Assembly (NCBI GenBank): GCA_038321975.1
Contig: JBBQFM010000015.1
Location: 5,786-69,785, forward strand
Direction: 5' to 3'
Length of the DNA: 64,000 nt
Source: Fimbriimonadales bacterium
GTDB lineage: Bacteria; Armatimonadota; Fimbriimonadia; Fimbriimonadales; Fimbriimonadaceae
Shown: in pieces, positions 46,641 through 56,436 of the stretch
Layout: each line of letters opens with the position of its first letter
Numbering within the stretch: position 1 is the first letter of the stretch
Made by a program: the position numbers and the translations under genes
The notes under the pieces: generated by a model
Told to the model about the DNA's origin: nothing
Seen by the model: the letters and a program-made list of their open reading frames with translations, nothing else
Database searches by the model: none

Positions 46641-49064
46641 CTAGTCATGACCGTCGACCGCACCCCGATCCAACTTCAGACCCTTCTTTGCCAGCCCCTT
46701 TCCGTGAGCGCCAGCGAAGGCAGACGGATAGCGCTCTCCCGGTCGCGTTGCTTCCCAGATCGCTCGGTTGAGCCGGTCCATGTCTCGACTCTCCACCTCG
46801 TGTCGCGTAATGTCGACGTCAGCGACGAAATTGGCGTAAAGGCTCTTCGCGGAAGCGGAGCGGTCAAGGGGGGTTGTTTCACCCTTGACCATGAAGGGCG
46901 TCATGTTTGCACGAGACGTAAATAGGTCACCCATCGGGGGAGCAAGCGCGGTTTTGGCGTTTAGAGGCGGGAGTCCGAAGATTTCGCAGATGGTTCGAAG
47001 CACGGACGACTGGTCGTAGAAGTGGCTGATCGTCTGGCCTCGTTTCACGTAGGGCCCAGCTACTAGGCAGGTCGACCGGTGCCCGTCGACGTGATCCGTG
47101 CCTCCCGAGGGGTCGTCCTCGTTAACGAAGACGACCATGTCTTTCCAGAAGCGGCTATGACTTAGAAGGCTCAGCAATCGACCCACCGCCAAATCGTTGT
47201 CGGCGACGTGGGCCTGGGGCGAAACTGGTCCGCCGGTATGGTCTTGGGGGAGGTAGACGATGGTGAAATCGGCCATCTTCCCAGACGCTTGAGTCTGCTT
47301 GAAGTCTTCTTCGAATCGATCCATTCGGTATTGATCCGAGATCGCCATGTTCCATCCGGGATAGTTTCGGACTGAGTGGGTGCGTACATTGGCGATGCCG
47401 ATGTTCTGCTTGAACGCAATCTTCGCTCCGGACAAGGTCTTCTTGTAGAGTTCGACCCCTGACATCTTCTCTCCGGACTCTGCATAGTCGAACTCGCCGT
47501 AGTTCTTGAAGGTGAGGCCCTTTGCAAGGAGGGCGTCCCAGATGAAGCCGGTGGAGGAGTAGGTCAGCGGGTCGTCGCCAAACGTGTAGCTGCGCTGGAA
47601 TCCGCCAAAGGCTCTCTCGAGATAGGGAGTGGTGCTGCCTTCAGTTGCCCAACTGTGGCCATCGGCGGAGAGGACACCACTGCAATAGTAGTTGTCGAGC
47701 GAGACGAATTGACGCGCGATAGCGTGCTGGTTGGGGGTGATGGCCTGGCCAAACTGGCACAACTTCGGGTCGCCGTCGGCCGAAGGAACGTCCCCGAACA
47801 CTTGGTCGTAGGTTCGGTTTTCTTTGATCACATAGACTACGTGTCTCATGGGCGGCAAACTTGAATCTGACTTTGGATTCTCGGCCAGCGACCGCCTGCC
47901 AAACTGGGCCGGGGTCAGCTCTCGAATCGTGCCCGTGAAGTCACCCGAGTTGTACGTGTCCGGCTTCTTTGGAGAGCGCGTCCCCAAACCCTTCACGTTG
48001 GCGGCCAGGATGCCCCTCGCGGTGCCTGCGACGGCAACGGGATACCAGTCTGTCTTTGCCCAAGCCTCGGGCGACCAACTGCTTCCGTTCCATTGAAAGC
48101 GGCCCACCTCGTTTGTCCCGGCCACCGCGACGTAGAGCTTGTGGTCGATCAGGGCCAACCCAGTTGGAAGGGAGCCCTTGTACGGCCCCGCGGAGATGTC
48201 GATGACCTTCTTGCTTCCCGAAGCAGGGTCAATCGACAGTACTTGGTCGCCGTTTGCACACGCGACGAGGACCTGGTCGTGCTCTGCGTCGTAAGCCACG
48301 GAAGAGGGAAGGGTAGGGGTAGGAATCTCTCGCACCAACTTCCAGTTCTGCAGGCTAACCTCGGCAACCGCGCCGGCAAGCGCAATACCCCTCTTGTCGA
48401 CTCCGACCCGAGTCCCCGCCGACGAGGCAGTCAGGGTGCCTGGGGATGGGCGCATGCCGCCCTGCTCGCTTAAGAAGATTCGCCCTTTGTTCTTGTCCAG
48501 GGTTAGGGCGAAGGGGGCGATGCCGACATCGAGGGTCCGTACGACGCTCATTGTGCCCAGGTCGACTTCGGCGAGTTGATTCTTCATCGAAAGAGCCACG
48601 AACGCGTGATCTCCGTTGATGACGAGCCCATTGGGATAACTTGCGGTACCCAGGTCGATCTGGCCCTTTGCAGTTGGCTTGCCGCCGTCGTCCAGCGACA
48701 GGTGGACCAGTAGCTTGCCCGCGGTTGTCGCCCACACGTCTTTGTCGCCGCTGAAGGCAATCCCGATGGCCGACATCCCGTCAGTCGACTTCCAAGCCCC
48801 GATTTCCTTCATGGACGCCAGATCCAGGATTCGAATGCCCGTGTTGTCTTTGATCGCGGCGATAGCGCCGGACGGTGACACGGCAAGATCGACGGGGCGG
48901 GTGTTGGTTTGGAGGAATCGACCGGTTGCGGAAGTTGTGGAGCCGTCGGCCTGGACCCAGATCCCATCTGCGGGGCCGACCTTGGCGTCATTGAGGCGGG
49001 GGCCGAAAACCGCGGTAAGGCCTATGCCAGCGGCGACGCCGACGGCGAGCGTGCGTTTCATCAC
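46641..49064 (-). CDS. Exported YncE-like beta-propeller fused to an alkaline-phosphatase-superfamily phosphoesterase domain
   Basis: Propeller repeats; HVVYVIKENRTYDQVFGD, DNYYCSG..SADGH, PQDHTGG, DNDLAVG, EDDPSGG.DHVDGHR. Confidence 0.88.
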   Translation of the reverse strand: MMKRTLAVGVAAGIGLTAVFGPRLNDAKVGPADGIWVQADGSTTSATGRFLQTNTRPVDLAVSPSGAIAAIKDNTGIRILDLASMKEIGAWKSTDGMSAIGIAFSGDKDVWATTAGKLLVHLSLDDGGKPTAKGQIDLGTASYPNGLVINGDHAFVALSMKNQLAEVDLGTMSVVRTLDVGIAPFALTLDKNKGRIFLSEQGGMRPSPGTLTASSAGTRVGVDKRGIALAGAVAEVSLQNWKLVREIPTPTLPSSVAYDAEHDQVLVACANGDQVLSIDPASGSKKVIDISAGPYKGSLPTGLALIDHKLYVAVAGTNEVGRFQWNGSSWSPEAWAKTDWYPVAVAGTARGILAANVKGLGTRSPKKPDTYNSGDFTGTIRELTPAQFGRRSLAENPKSDSSLPPMRHVVYVIKENRTYDQVFGDVPSADGDPKLCQFGQAITPNQHAIARQFVSLDNYYCSGVLSADGHSWATEGSTTPYLERAFGGFQRSYTFGDDPLTYSSTGFIWDALLAKGLTFKNYGEFDYAESGEKMSGVELYKKTLSGAKIAFKQNIGIANVRTHSVRNYPGWNMAISDQYRMDRFEEDFKQTQASGKMADFTIVYLPQDHTGGPVSPQAHVADNDLAVGRLLSLLSHSRFWKDMVVFVNEDDPSGGTDHVDGHRSTCLVAGPYVKRGQTISHFYDQSSVLRTICEIFGLPPLNAKTALAPPMGDLFTSRANMTPFMVKGETTPLDRSASAKSLYANFVADVDITRHEVESRDMDRLNRAIWEATRPGERYPSAFAGAHGKGLAKKGLKLDRGAVDGHD

Positions 49065-49098
49065 GCTTCTGTGTTAGCACTTCTTTGTTGCGGGTTGA

Positions 49099-50073
49099 TT
49101 AACTAACTTTCAAGACCGTCCGACCGCGAATCCGCCCGGCCAGGATTTCCTCACTCAGATCGACCACATTGGCCAGCTCGCGGGTTACGGTGATTGGCTC
49201 CAAGTCTGCCCGGGTCACCAGCGAGGCTAGCCTTTCCCATGCCCTCTCACGGCGGGGTCGAGGACAGGCGCTTGAGTTCAGTCCGGTCAAGGTCACTCCG
49301 CGCAGGATGAAGGGCATCACGGTCGTGGACAGGTCTCCTCCCGCCGCCATGCCGCACGCGGCGATGCAGCCGCTATAGGTCATTTCGGCGAGGACGTGGG
49401 CTAGGGTGGAACCGCCGACCGTGTCGATCACGCCGCCCCAGCGCTCCGAGAGCAGTGGCTTTGCGGGCGGATCGGAGAGTTCGGACCGATGAATGATCTC
49501 GCTAGCGCCGAGGGATTTGAGATAGTCGCGTTCCTCGGGGCGGCCGGTGGAAGCGGTTACCTCATAGCCGAGGCGGGAGAGGAGCAGGACGGCGACGCTG
49601 CCAACGCCTCCGGCGGCGCCGGTTACGAGAACCTTGCCGGAGACTTCGTGGTCCTCGAAGGCGAGCACGCCGAGCATCGCGGTGAAACCAGCCGTTCCAA
49701 GCGCCATCGCCGACCAATCGTCCAGGGGGGCGGGAATGCGGAGGAGGTTGGCGGCATCGCATCGGGCGAATTCGGCATAGCCACCCCACCGAGTCTCGCC
49801 GAGGCCGGTGCCGGTTCCGAGCACCACGTCTCCGGGTGATAGGTCGGGAGAGGACGAGGCCTCCACGACTCCGGCGAGGTCGATGCCGGGCACCATGGGG
49901 TAGGTGCGAAGTACTTTGCCTTTGCTCGTCACGCCGAGGGCGTCTTTGTAGTTGAGGGACGAGTACGTGAGGCGGACCAGCACCTCGCCTGCGGGCAGGT
50001 CATCCGTGTGAAGGTCGACAAAGGAACCTGGCGTTCCGAAGGAAGGGATGACGAAAGCGCGAAAGGTGCTCAC
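49099..50073 (-). CDS. MDR-family NADPH oxidoreductase, AcuI/YhdH (acryloyl-CoA reductase-like)
   Basis: Start trimmed to GTG 50073 (GTGA overlap with lnt). YSSLNYKDAL, VPGIDLAG, GTAGFTAML, VTGAAGGVGS, PFILRGV. Confidence 0.9.
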   Translation of the reverse strand: MSTFRAFVIPSFGTPGSFVDLHTDDLPAGEVLVRLTYSSLNYKDALGVTSKGKVLRTYPMVPGIDLAGVVEASSSPDLSPGDVVLGTGTGLGETRWGGYAEFARCDAANLLRIPAPLDDWSAMALGTAGFTAMLGVLAFEDHEVSGKVLVTGAAGGVGSVAVLLLSRLGYEVTASTGRPEERDYLKSLGASEIIHRSELSDPPAKPLLSERWGGVIDTVGGSTLAHVLAEMTYSGCIAACGMAAGGDLSTTVMPFILRGVTLTGLNSSACPRPRRERAWERLASLVTRADLEPITVTRELANVVDLSEEILAGRIRGRTVLKVS

Positions 50074-51542
50074 TTCTCTTCTAGCGGCTCGGGCGCGGCC
50101 GAGTTTCGTGGCTTGATCCACGGGGAAATGATGAGGAAGATTCCGACGAACACGGCGCCGAGGGGGAAGGCGGGGAGCCAAGGGACTACCTGACGGGTTT
50201 TCGGAATCTCGAACTCGACGCGAAGGCCGGTCGGCTTTCTGAGGGGAGCTTGATCCAGCACGTTCCCCTTGCCGTCGATGGCCATCGTGTATCCGAGCGA
50301 TGCGGATCGTGCGACGGGGAGACCGGTCTCCACGGCCCGCCAAACCGCAGCCGCTCTCAGCTGCTCGGGGGCGTTGCTGGTCATGTACCAGTCGTCGATG
50401 CTCATCACGGCTAGGAGCCTCGAACCTTGCATGGCGTGTCGGTAGGCGATATCGGGGAAGAGCCCCTCGAAGCAGAGAATCGGGCCAATCTTGATTCCCG
50501 CAACGGTGAGTGACTGGACGCCATTGGTGCCCGCAGATAGGTCTCCCTCCGGAAGCTTGAACGCTTCGAGCGGCAGCCATGAGCGGCCAGGGACGAACTC
50601 ACCGAAGATAACGAGGCGCGTCTTGTCCTCGTGCTGCCACTTGCCGTCGTAGGCAAATGCGGATTGATAAATCGGACCTTCGCCTCTCTGTCCGCCGAAG
50701 ATGAGGGGCACCGGGGGCGGGAGAGCGAATGGGGCGGTGGGGGGCGCCAATCCGGGCTGGCGAGACACTCCTTCGGGCAAGATCGCGAGTTGGGTTCCGT
50801 TGAGCATCGCGCCGGTGAGGATGTCGGTGACATTTGCCTTCAGGCCGGCCTGCTGGGCTTCTTCAGTGCCGAACGCCATGTCCACGCCCGGCTGACCAAT
50901 CGTCACGACCAACTTGTCGGAGTCGGGGTGGTTGCCCAGTTGGTAGAACGATATGGCAAGCACGGTGATCCAAGCGGTGACTAGGGGGCGCACCTTTGCG
51001 CCGTCGCCCGACATGAGCATTGCGACGATGAGGTTCATCGTCACCACCCAAGCTGAAACGAAATAAATAGCCCCGAAGTGGGCACCCTGAATCAGCGGCG
51101 CGTAGGGCCACAGGGGATTCGCGAGGAGGCCCCAAGGGAAGGAGATGACCGGGATGTAGGAGCGAAATGCCTCGATGCCCGCCCATGCGATGGGGATCAT
51201 CCATATCCAACCGCGGGCAAAGCAACGGTTCGCTAGGACGGCAAAGAGTCCAAAGTAGATGGCATACAGCAGGGCAACCACGAGATATGGGAAGAAGGCG
51301 AGGAGTTGACTGCCCGTCCACGTAGCGGTTAGCTGTTCTAGCCAGAAGACTTGGCCGAGGCCGTAGATGAACCCGAATCCATATCCCGATTTCCACGCGC
51401 CTTTGGGGGTGTCCTTGCGCACGCTGATGAACCAGGGTACGAGCGCGGCGAAGACGAGTAGCCCGAGGTTGAAAGGGGGGAACGCGAGTAGGGCCAGCAA
51501 CGCGCTGGCCACTTGGGGCCAGGCTTTAGCGATGCGTGCCAT
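50070..51542 (-). CDS. lnt: Apolipoprotein N-acyltransferase
   Basis: LAFPPFN, FPWGLL, ILPE, KTRLVIFGEFVP, ILCFEGLFP, RAVETGLPVARSA. Confidence 0.92.
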   Translation of the reverse strand: MARIAKAWPQVASALLALLAFPPFNLGLLVFAALVPWFISVRKDTPKGAWKSGYGFGFIYGLGQVFWLEQLTATWTGSQLLAFFPYLVVALLYAIYFGLFAVLANRCFARGWIWMIPIAWAGIEAFRSYIPVISFPWGLLANPLWPYAPLIQGAHFGAIYFVSAWVVTMNLIVAMLMSGDGAKVRPLVTAWITVLAISFYQLGNHPDSDKLVVTIGQPGVDMAFGTEEAQQAGLKANVTDILTGAMLNGTQLAILPEGVSRQPGLAPPTAPFALPPPVPLIFGGQRGEGPIYQSAFAYDGKWQHEDKTRLVIFGEFVPGRSWLPLEAFKLPEGDLSAGTNGVQSLTVAGIKIGPILCFEGLFPDIAYRHAMQGSRLLAVMSIDDWYMTSNAPEQLRAAAVWRAVETGLPVARSASLGYTMAIDGKGNVLDQAPLRKPTGLRVEFEIPKTRQVVPWLPAFPLGAVFVGIFLIISPWIKPRNSAAPEPLEEK

Positions 51543-52167
51543 CGAGGCTCCCGCTCAGCGGGCGAGCCGCTACCAAATGGTTGGTGTCGTTGTATCGAAT
51601 GATTCGGAAGAGTCCGTCTCGGGCGAGTTCGAGTTCGGTCACGCCAGTGTTGCCGAATCGGAAAGATCGCGAGGTGTCGAGGGTTCCAAGGACGAGTTTG
51701 GCGAGGAGGAGGGAAAGGGTCCCGCCGTGACTTACGACCACCAAGTCGCCATCAAAGTTGCGGATCGTTTCAATCACGTCGTCCAGTCGCGTCCACACAT
51801 CTAGGTACGACTCTCCGTTGGGTGGTCGCACTTCTTGGGGAGAAATACCTTTGGCGCTCGCGCGCTCGGCGAGGTTGGCGGAGACTTCGGCGAAGGGCAA
51901 TCCTTCCCACGCGCCGAATGTTCGTTCCCTGAGGTCGGTGCGCAGTTCGAGGGAAGCACCGCTGACAATTGCGATGGGTTCGGCGGTTTGCTTGGCCCGG
52001 CTCAGGTCGCTGGAGAGAACGAGGTCGACGGGGTAGTCCTGGAAGACGTCTCCGATCTTGGCCGCCTGATCGAGGCCGATGGGATCAAGTGAAATATCCG
52101 TGTGCCCCTGCGCCTTTCCATCGAAGTTCCACGCCGTCTGCGCGTGCCGGACCAGGTAAAGCCGCAT
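51526..52167 (-). CDS. Histidine phosphatase (phosphoglycerate mutase family)
   Basis: LYLVRHAQT, SSDLSRA.QTA, LRERTFG, VVSHGG. Confidence 0.93.
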   Translation of the reverse strand: MRLYLVRHAQTAWNFDGKAQGHTDISLDPIGLDQAAKIGDVFQDYPVDLVLSSDLSRAKQTAEPIAIVSGASLELRTDLRERTFGAWEGLPFAEVSANLAERASAKGISPQEVRPPNGESYLDVWTRLDDVIETIRNFDGDLVVVSHGGTLSLLLAKLVLGTLDTSRSFRFGNTGVTELELARDGLFRIIRYNDTNHLVAARPLSGSLDGTHR

Positions 52168-52190
52168 TGGTTAGAGGGTACCCCTGTTGA

Positions 52191-53150
52191 TTAGACCTGC
52201 CAGGGCCTCACCTCGCCCAGTTCCCTTCCCGCAGTGTCGATCCGCAACGACCCTAGGCGTAGGATGCGCACGGGTGCGGGGGCGACGGCGGTGCAGAGGA
52301 TGGACGCGCGACGATTTAGCCAATCGATCCGGTCGATGAGGCCCATGCCGAAGTCTTCGCCGCTCTGGCGCGCGAAACTGCATAGCAGGCCTTCAAACAG
52401 ATGGGGCGAAACGAAGTTGGCCCGGTGGGTGCCCGTCATGTCTTGGGCGTGCGCTACGGCTCGGTCCTCGGGGTCGTCTTCGGAGACGATGAAGAGGGAG
52501 CCGCCGATTTTTTCCACGTGGAGGGCGTCTTCCAGTCCGACCTTCTTCTTCTCTTCCTCATTCAGCCGAACCCCCGACCCAAGGCGGGTGCCCTCGATGG
52601 AGAGGGTGGCGAGGTCGATATCGTGATCGTCGCAATCCTCGACGAGTTTTAGCCACTGGGCTTTGCGTTGCGCATCCTGCACCATCGGGAGGAACGCCTT
52701 CTCTAGCTCTACTGATTCAGGTCCGATGGGGAAGCCGGATTGGTCGATTTCGGTGCCCTCGGCGATGAGGATCTGGTCGGGCTGCATCACCTGCGCCACT
52801 AGCATGAGAGTGTGCCGCAGCAGGGGAGTGGCACGATAGGGGAAGAGCTGGACGAGGGCGTCGGGCTCGGCGATTTGGAGGGCTTGGGCGAGGGTCGCGA
52901 GCAAGACATGGGGGAACCGCGACGGATCGAGACTGCCGTAAAAGCGGACGAAGACGGGGCGGCTTTTTTTGAAGACGCTGAACCGGGTCGGGGTGCCGTG
53001 GACAGGGTCGGAGGGGTCGAGGCAAATGAGGTCGCGATTACCGCGGTGCTCTTTGAGCCACTCACGCCAAGAAGTATTGGGATTACCGATGAGAAGCGTG
53101 CCGGCCACAAGAAAAAGACGCGGGAAATGGGTGGTTTGGCGCAGCCCCAA
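52191..53150 (-). CDS. Clp1/Nol9-like polynucleotide-kinase-fold protein with a degenerate P-loop
   Basis: FYGSLDPSRFP region and C-terminal GLLCSF...FGMGLI..ID...LRLGSLRID..GRE resemble Clp1-family proteins. No GxxxxGK[ST]. The start may be GTG 53108. Confidence 0.6.
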   Translation of the reverse strand: MGLRQTTHFPRLFLVAGTLLIGNPNTSWREWLKEHRGNRDLICLDPSDPVHGTPTRFSVFKKSRPVFVRFYGSLDPSRFPHVLLATLAQALQIAEPDALVQLFPYRATPLLRHTLMLVAQVMQPDQILIAEGTEIDQSGFPIGPESVELEKAFLPMVQDAQRKAQWLKLVEDCDDHDIDLATLSIEGTRLGSGVRLNEEEKKKVGLEDALHVEKIGGSLFIVSEDDPEDRAVAHAQDMTGTHRANFVSPHLFEGLLCSFARQSGEDFGMGLIDRIDWLNRRASILCTAVAPAPVRILRLGSLRIDTAGRELGEVRPWQV

Positions 53151-53269
53151 GAGGGGCTAGCGCGGAGGGAGCATCATGCTCCGACCTCCGTTTCCACCTA
53201 ACTCCGTGGTGTCTCCGCTCTTCCAATATACCCGGTTGAGATTTTTAAAGGGCCGTTGGCCCCAGTGAC

Positions 53270-54112
53270 TCAGGGGTTACGCGTGACCTTGGACGACGTC
53301 CGAATCTGCTGCAATAACAGCGATTTGCTCGCGTCGGAATACTGTTTCTTCAGGTCGGCCAGGGCCTGACCCGTGAGGTCTTTTCCGAGGCCTTGGACCA
53401 AGAACATCTGGATTCCGAACGACGTTTGCACTGGCTTGGTGACCTCGTTCATCTTCAATGTCACGATCTCCTGCTGAACGGTTACCGGGAATGCGGATAG
53501 CTGGCGCCAACCGAGGAGGCCACCGTTGCGTTGGAGGTTGGGGTCGTCGGTCGCGGAGTTCACGATGTCCGCCCACTTGTCGCCTTTCTTCGCGCGATCG
53601 TAGGCGACTCCCGCCTTTCTGATCGCCTCGGCCACGTCGGTTGCGGAATCGGTTCTTGGCTTCACGATCAGGGTGGAGACGCTCACGAAGTTCTCCTGCT
53701 TGAAGTCTTGGGCGACGAGCTTGTCGAGGAGTAGGTTTCGCCGAACGAGGAGGTAGAGGCGCGATTTCGTGACGCCGGCGTTTCGCATCGCGGTGTCCGG
53801 ATCTTGGTCGGGCGGCATGCTCTTCCTGATCTTCGCCAGTTCGACATCGAACGACTTCTGGACGTCCGCCTCGGTCACCGAGACGTTATGTTTTTTGGCG
53901 TACGCGAGGATCTGTTGATGTGAGATCAGGTCGGTGACGACGTCATTCGCCCGCCAGTCCCAGAGGAATCCCTCAACTTCCCCCGCAGTAATCGACACCC
54001 CGTCAACGGTGGCCATCACCTTGGTGAGCGGCGGTCTCTTGACGACCGGCTTCTGCCCGGCAGCGACGCCTTGCCAGACGAGGAGAGGAAGGATGAGAGG
54101 GTAGGGGTTCAT
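53270..54112 (-). CDS. Exported PpiC-type peptidylprolyl isomerase (SurA/PrsA-like)
   Basis: Signal peptide, ATVDG, NGGLLGW, PVQTSFG. Confidence 0.88.
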   Translation of the reverse strand: MNPYPLILPLLVWQGVAAGQKPVVKRPPLTKVMATVDGVSITAGEVEGFLWDWRANDVVTDLISHQQILAYAKKHNVSVTEADVQKSFDVELAKIRKSMPPDQDPDTAMRNAGVTKSRLYLLVRRNLLLDKLVAQDFKQENFVSVSTLIVKPRTDSATDVAEAIRKAGVAYDRAKKGDKWADIVNSATDDPNLQRNGGLLGWRQLSAFPVTVQQEIVTLKMNEVTKPVQTSFGIQMFLVQGLGKDLTGQALADLKKQYSDASKSLLLQQIRTSSKVTRNP

Positions 54113-54152
54113 ATTCTTTTAGACGGGGGAGGGAGAGGTGAACACCTCCGCG

Positions 54153-55100
54153 CTACCTGGGGACGATTTGGGCGTCGAGAATGCTGCTTAGGACCTGGTC
54201 CACCGTGAGTCCCTCGACTTCCGCTTCGGGGCGGAGAAGGACTCGGTGGCGCAGGACGGGCAGCGACAATTCTTTGACGTCGTCCGGGATGACGAAGTCT
54301 CGTCCCCGCAAGCGGGCGATCGCTTTGCTGCAGTTCAGGAGGGCGATTCCCGCTCGGGGGGATGCGCCGACCAACATGTCGTTCGACTTACGCGTCGACT
54401 GGACGACTTCATAGATGTAGTTGAAGACCTTGTCCTCAACCGTGGTCTGCTGGACTTCCAGTTGAATTTCCGCGAGCTCGGCGGCGGTTACCACGGGCTG
54501 AATCCCGGCGGCTTCCAAATCCTGCGGCTTGAATCCGGCGTGGTGACGCTGCAGCACCGCGATCTCGGCTTCCTGCGACGGGTAGCCGACGATGACCTTC
54601 ATCAGGAAGCGGTCTTGCTGGGCTTCCGGCAAGGGATAGGTGCCCTCGAAGTCAATTGGGTTTTGGGTCGCGAAGACGAGGAAGGGGGGCGGAAGGGTGT
54701 GGGGCTCGCCGTCGATCGTGACGCGTCGCTCTTCCATCGCTTCCAGGAGGGCAGCCTGGGTCTTTGGGGGAGTTCGGTTGATTTCGTCGGCAAGAAGGAT
54801 GTTGACGAAGACCGGTCCCTTGCGGAGTTCGAATTCGTTGGTCTTTGCGTTGAAGATGGTGGTACCGACCACGTCACTCGGCATGAGGTCGGGTGTGAAC
54901 TGAATTCTTCCGTAGTCGAGGTTCAGGGCTTTGGCCATTGCGCGGACGAGCAAGGTTTTGGCGACACCGGGGACGCCCTCAAGAAGGACGTGACCATTCG
55001 CGAGGATCGCGATGAGCGATTGCTCGATGGTCTTTTCCTGGCCGGAAATGGCTTTTGCGAGCTCGGTGCGGATTCTCTGGGCGACTACTTCAACGCTCAT
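54153..55100 (-). CDS. MoxR-family AAA+ ATPase
   Basis: HVLLEGVPGVAKT, RIQFTPDLMPSD, DEINRTPPKTQAALLEAMEE, GTYPLPEAQQDRF. Confidence 0.95.
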   Translation of the reverse strand: MSVEVVAQRIRTELAKAISGQEKTIEQSLIAILANGHVLLEGVPGVAKTLLVRAMAKALNLDYGRIQFTPDLMPSDVVGTTIFNAKTNEFELRKGPVFVNILLADEINRTPPKTQAALLEAMEERRVTIDGEPHTLPPPFLVFATQNPIDFEGTYPLPEAQQDRFLMKVIVGYPSQEAEIAVLQRHHAGFKPQDLEAAGIQPVVTAAELAEIQLEVQQTTVEDKVFNYIYEVVQSTRKSNDMLVGASPRAGIALLNCSKAIARLRGRDFVIPDDVKELSLPVLRHRVLLRPEAEVEGLTVDQVLSSILDAQIVPR

Positions 55101-55130
55101 AACGACGCGCGGAGCGTACCCGAGACATCG

Positions 55131-55610
55131 TCAGCTCAAGTAGCGCTGGATCTGCTGGGTCGGCGCCTCGAGTGTGCGGTTCAGATTCAGCCAGTAGTGG
55201 GTCGCGGTCCGAAACATATCCATGTACTCATCCATGTCCACCGGCTTGACCAGATAGCTGTTCGCACCGGCCACAAAACAGTCGTGGATCACCGTTTCGT
55301 CAAGCGATCCGCTGAGCATGACCACTGGAATTACACGGGAACGGGTGTCGCCGCGGAGGATACGTAGGAGGTCCAAGCCGCTAATCGCGCCGAGCTTTAC
55401 GTCCACGAGGATGAAGTCTGGATCGGGAGAAATTCGGCCTTCGAATTCTCCACGGCTAAAGACGTAGTTGAGTGCCTCTTCAGAATTTCGGGCAACCACT
55501 ACCACTGCCGTCGTCCCAGATTTTTGGATGGCCCTCACGGCCAACCTCTCATCCTCCTCGCAGTTCTCTACAAGTAGAACGAGACCCTGTGTGCCAGATG
55601 TGCTCCCCAT
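55131..55610 (-). CDS. Single-domain response regulator receiver (Rcp1-like)
   Basis: LLVENCEED, PDFILVDVKL, PVVMLSGS, GANSYLVKP; start trimmed to ATG 55610. Confidence 0.88.
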   Translation of the reverse strand: MGSTSGTQGLVLLVENCEEDERLAVRAIQKSGTTAVVVVARNSEEALNYVFSRGEFEGRISPDPDFILVDVKLGAISGLDLLRILRGDTRSRVIPVVMLSGSLDETVIHDCFVAGANSYLVKPVDMDEYMDMFRTATHYWLNLNRTLEAPTQQIQRYLS

Positions 55611-55686
55611 TTGCTTATACGATATACCTCTCTTAAAGGGTCGTCGGCCCGCATATCTACAGGTTTGGGTAAAACCTAGTTCCTCA

Positions 55687-56436
55687 ATGCTCCAAGTCGT
55701 TCGTCTCGTGAAGCAGTACAAAAAGCAAACGGCGGTTGCTGATCTAAGCTTCGAACTCAGACGCGGCGAAATCGTGGGTCTGCTTGGACCTAACGGTGCC
55801 GGAAAGACAACCGCCCTGCGTTGCATCGCCGGCATCCTCCGTCCCACCAACGGTCAAATTCTCATCAACGGCTTCGATGTGGTGAGCGAACAGGCAAAAG
55901 CAAAGGCGGGACTTGCCTTCGTACCCGAGGTTCCCTCCTTGTATGAGCTTTTGACGGTAGATGAGCATCTCAAGTTCGTTGCAATGTGCTTTGGGACTCT
56001 CGATGTGTACGAACGCTTGCGCGAAGAGCTGCTCGACCGGTACAGCCTCACCGACAAGAAAGACGAGCTCGTCGCGACCCTCAGCAAGGGCATGAAGCAG
56101 AAACTTTCGGTGGCGTGCGCCCTCGTTCATAACGCCAACGTGATGCTGCTGGACGAGCCGCTCATCGGAATTGACCCCGAGGGAGCCAGGGAGCTGAAGC
56201 AAGAAATCATTCGTGCCCGAGACAACGGGGCGGCCGTTCTCATCTCCACCCACCTGCTGGACACTGCGGAGAAGCTTTGCGACCGGCTCATCATTCTGCG
56301 CAAGGGAAAGAAGATCGAAGAGGGGACGGTCCAGGAGCTCCAGGATAGGCACGGCATGGCAGGCCAAAGTTTAGAGGACGTATTCCTGAAGCTGACGTCG
56401 GAGGACGAGCATGAAGCCCCTGCTGTTTCTCGCTAG
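55687..56436 (+). CDS. ABC transporter ATP-binding protein
   Basis: GPNGAGKTT, LSKGMKQ, LLDEP, STH; start trimmed to ATG 55687. Confidence 0.93.
   Translation: MLQVVRLVKQYKKQTAVADLSFELRRGEIVGLLGPNGAGKTTALRCIAGILRPTNGQILINGFDVVSEQAKAKAGLAFVPEVPSLYELLTVDEHLKFVAMCFGTLDVYERLREELLDRYSLTDKKDELVATLSKGMKQKLSVACALVHNANVMLLDEPLIGIDPEGARELKQEIIRARDNGAAVLISTHLLDTAEKLCDRLIILRKGKKIEEGTVQELQDRHGMAGQSLEDVFLKLTSEDEHEAPAVSR

Noticed and set aside
49099-50580. 493-aa ORF as an N-terminally extended MDR enzyme
   Set aside because: The extension overlaps lnt in another frame; GTG 50073 with a GTGA overlap gives a normal-length protein.
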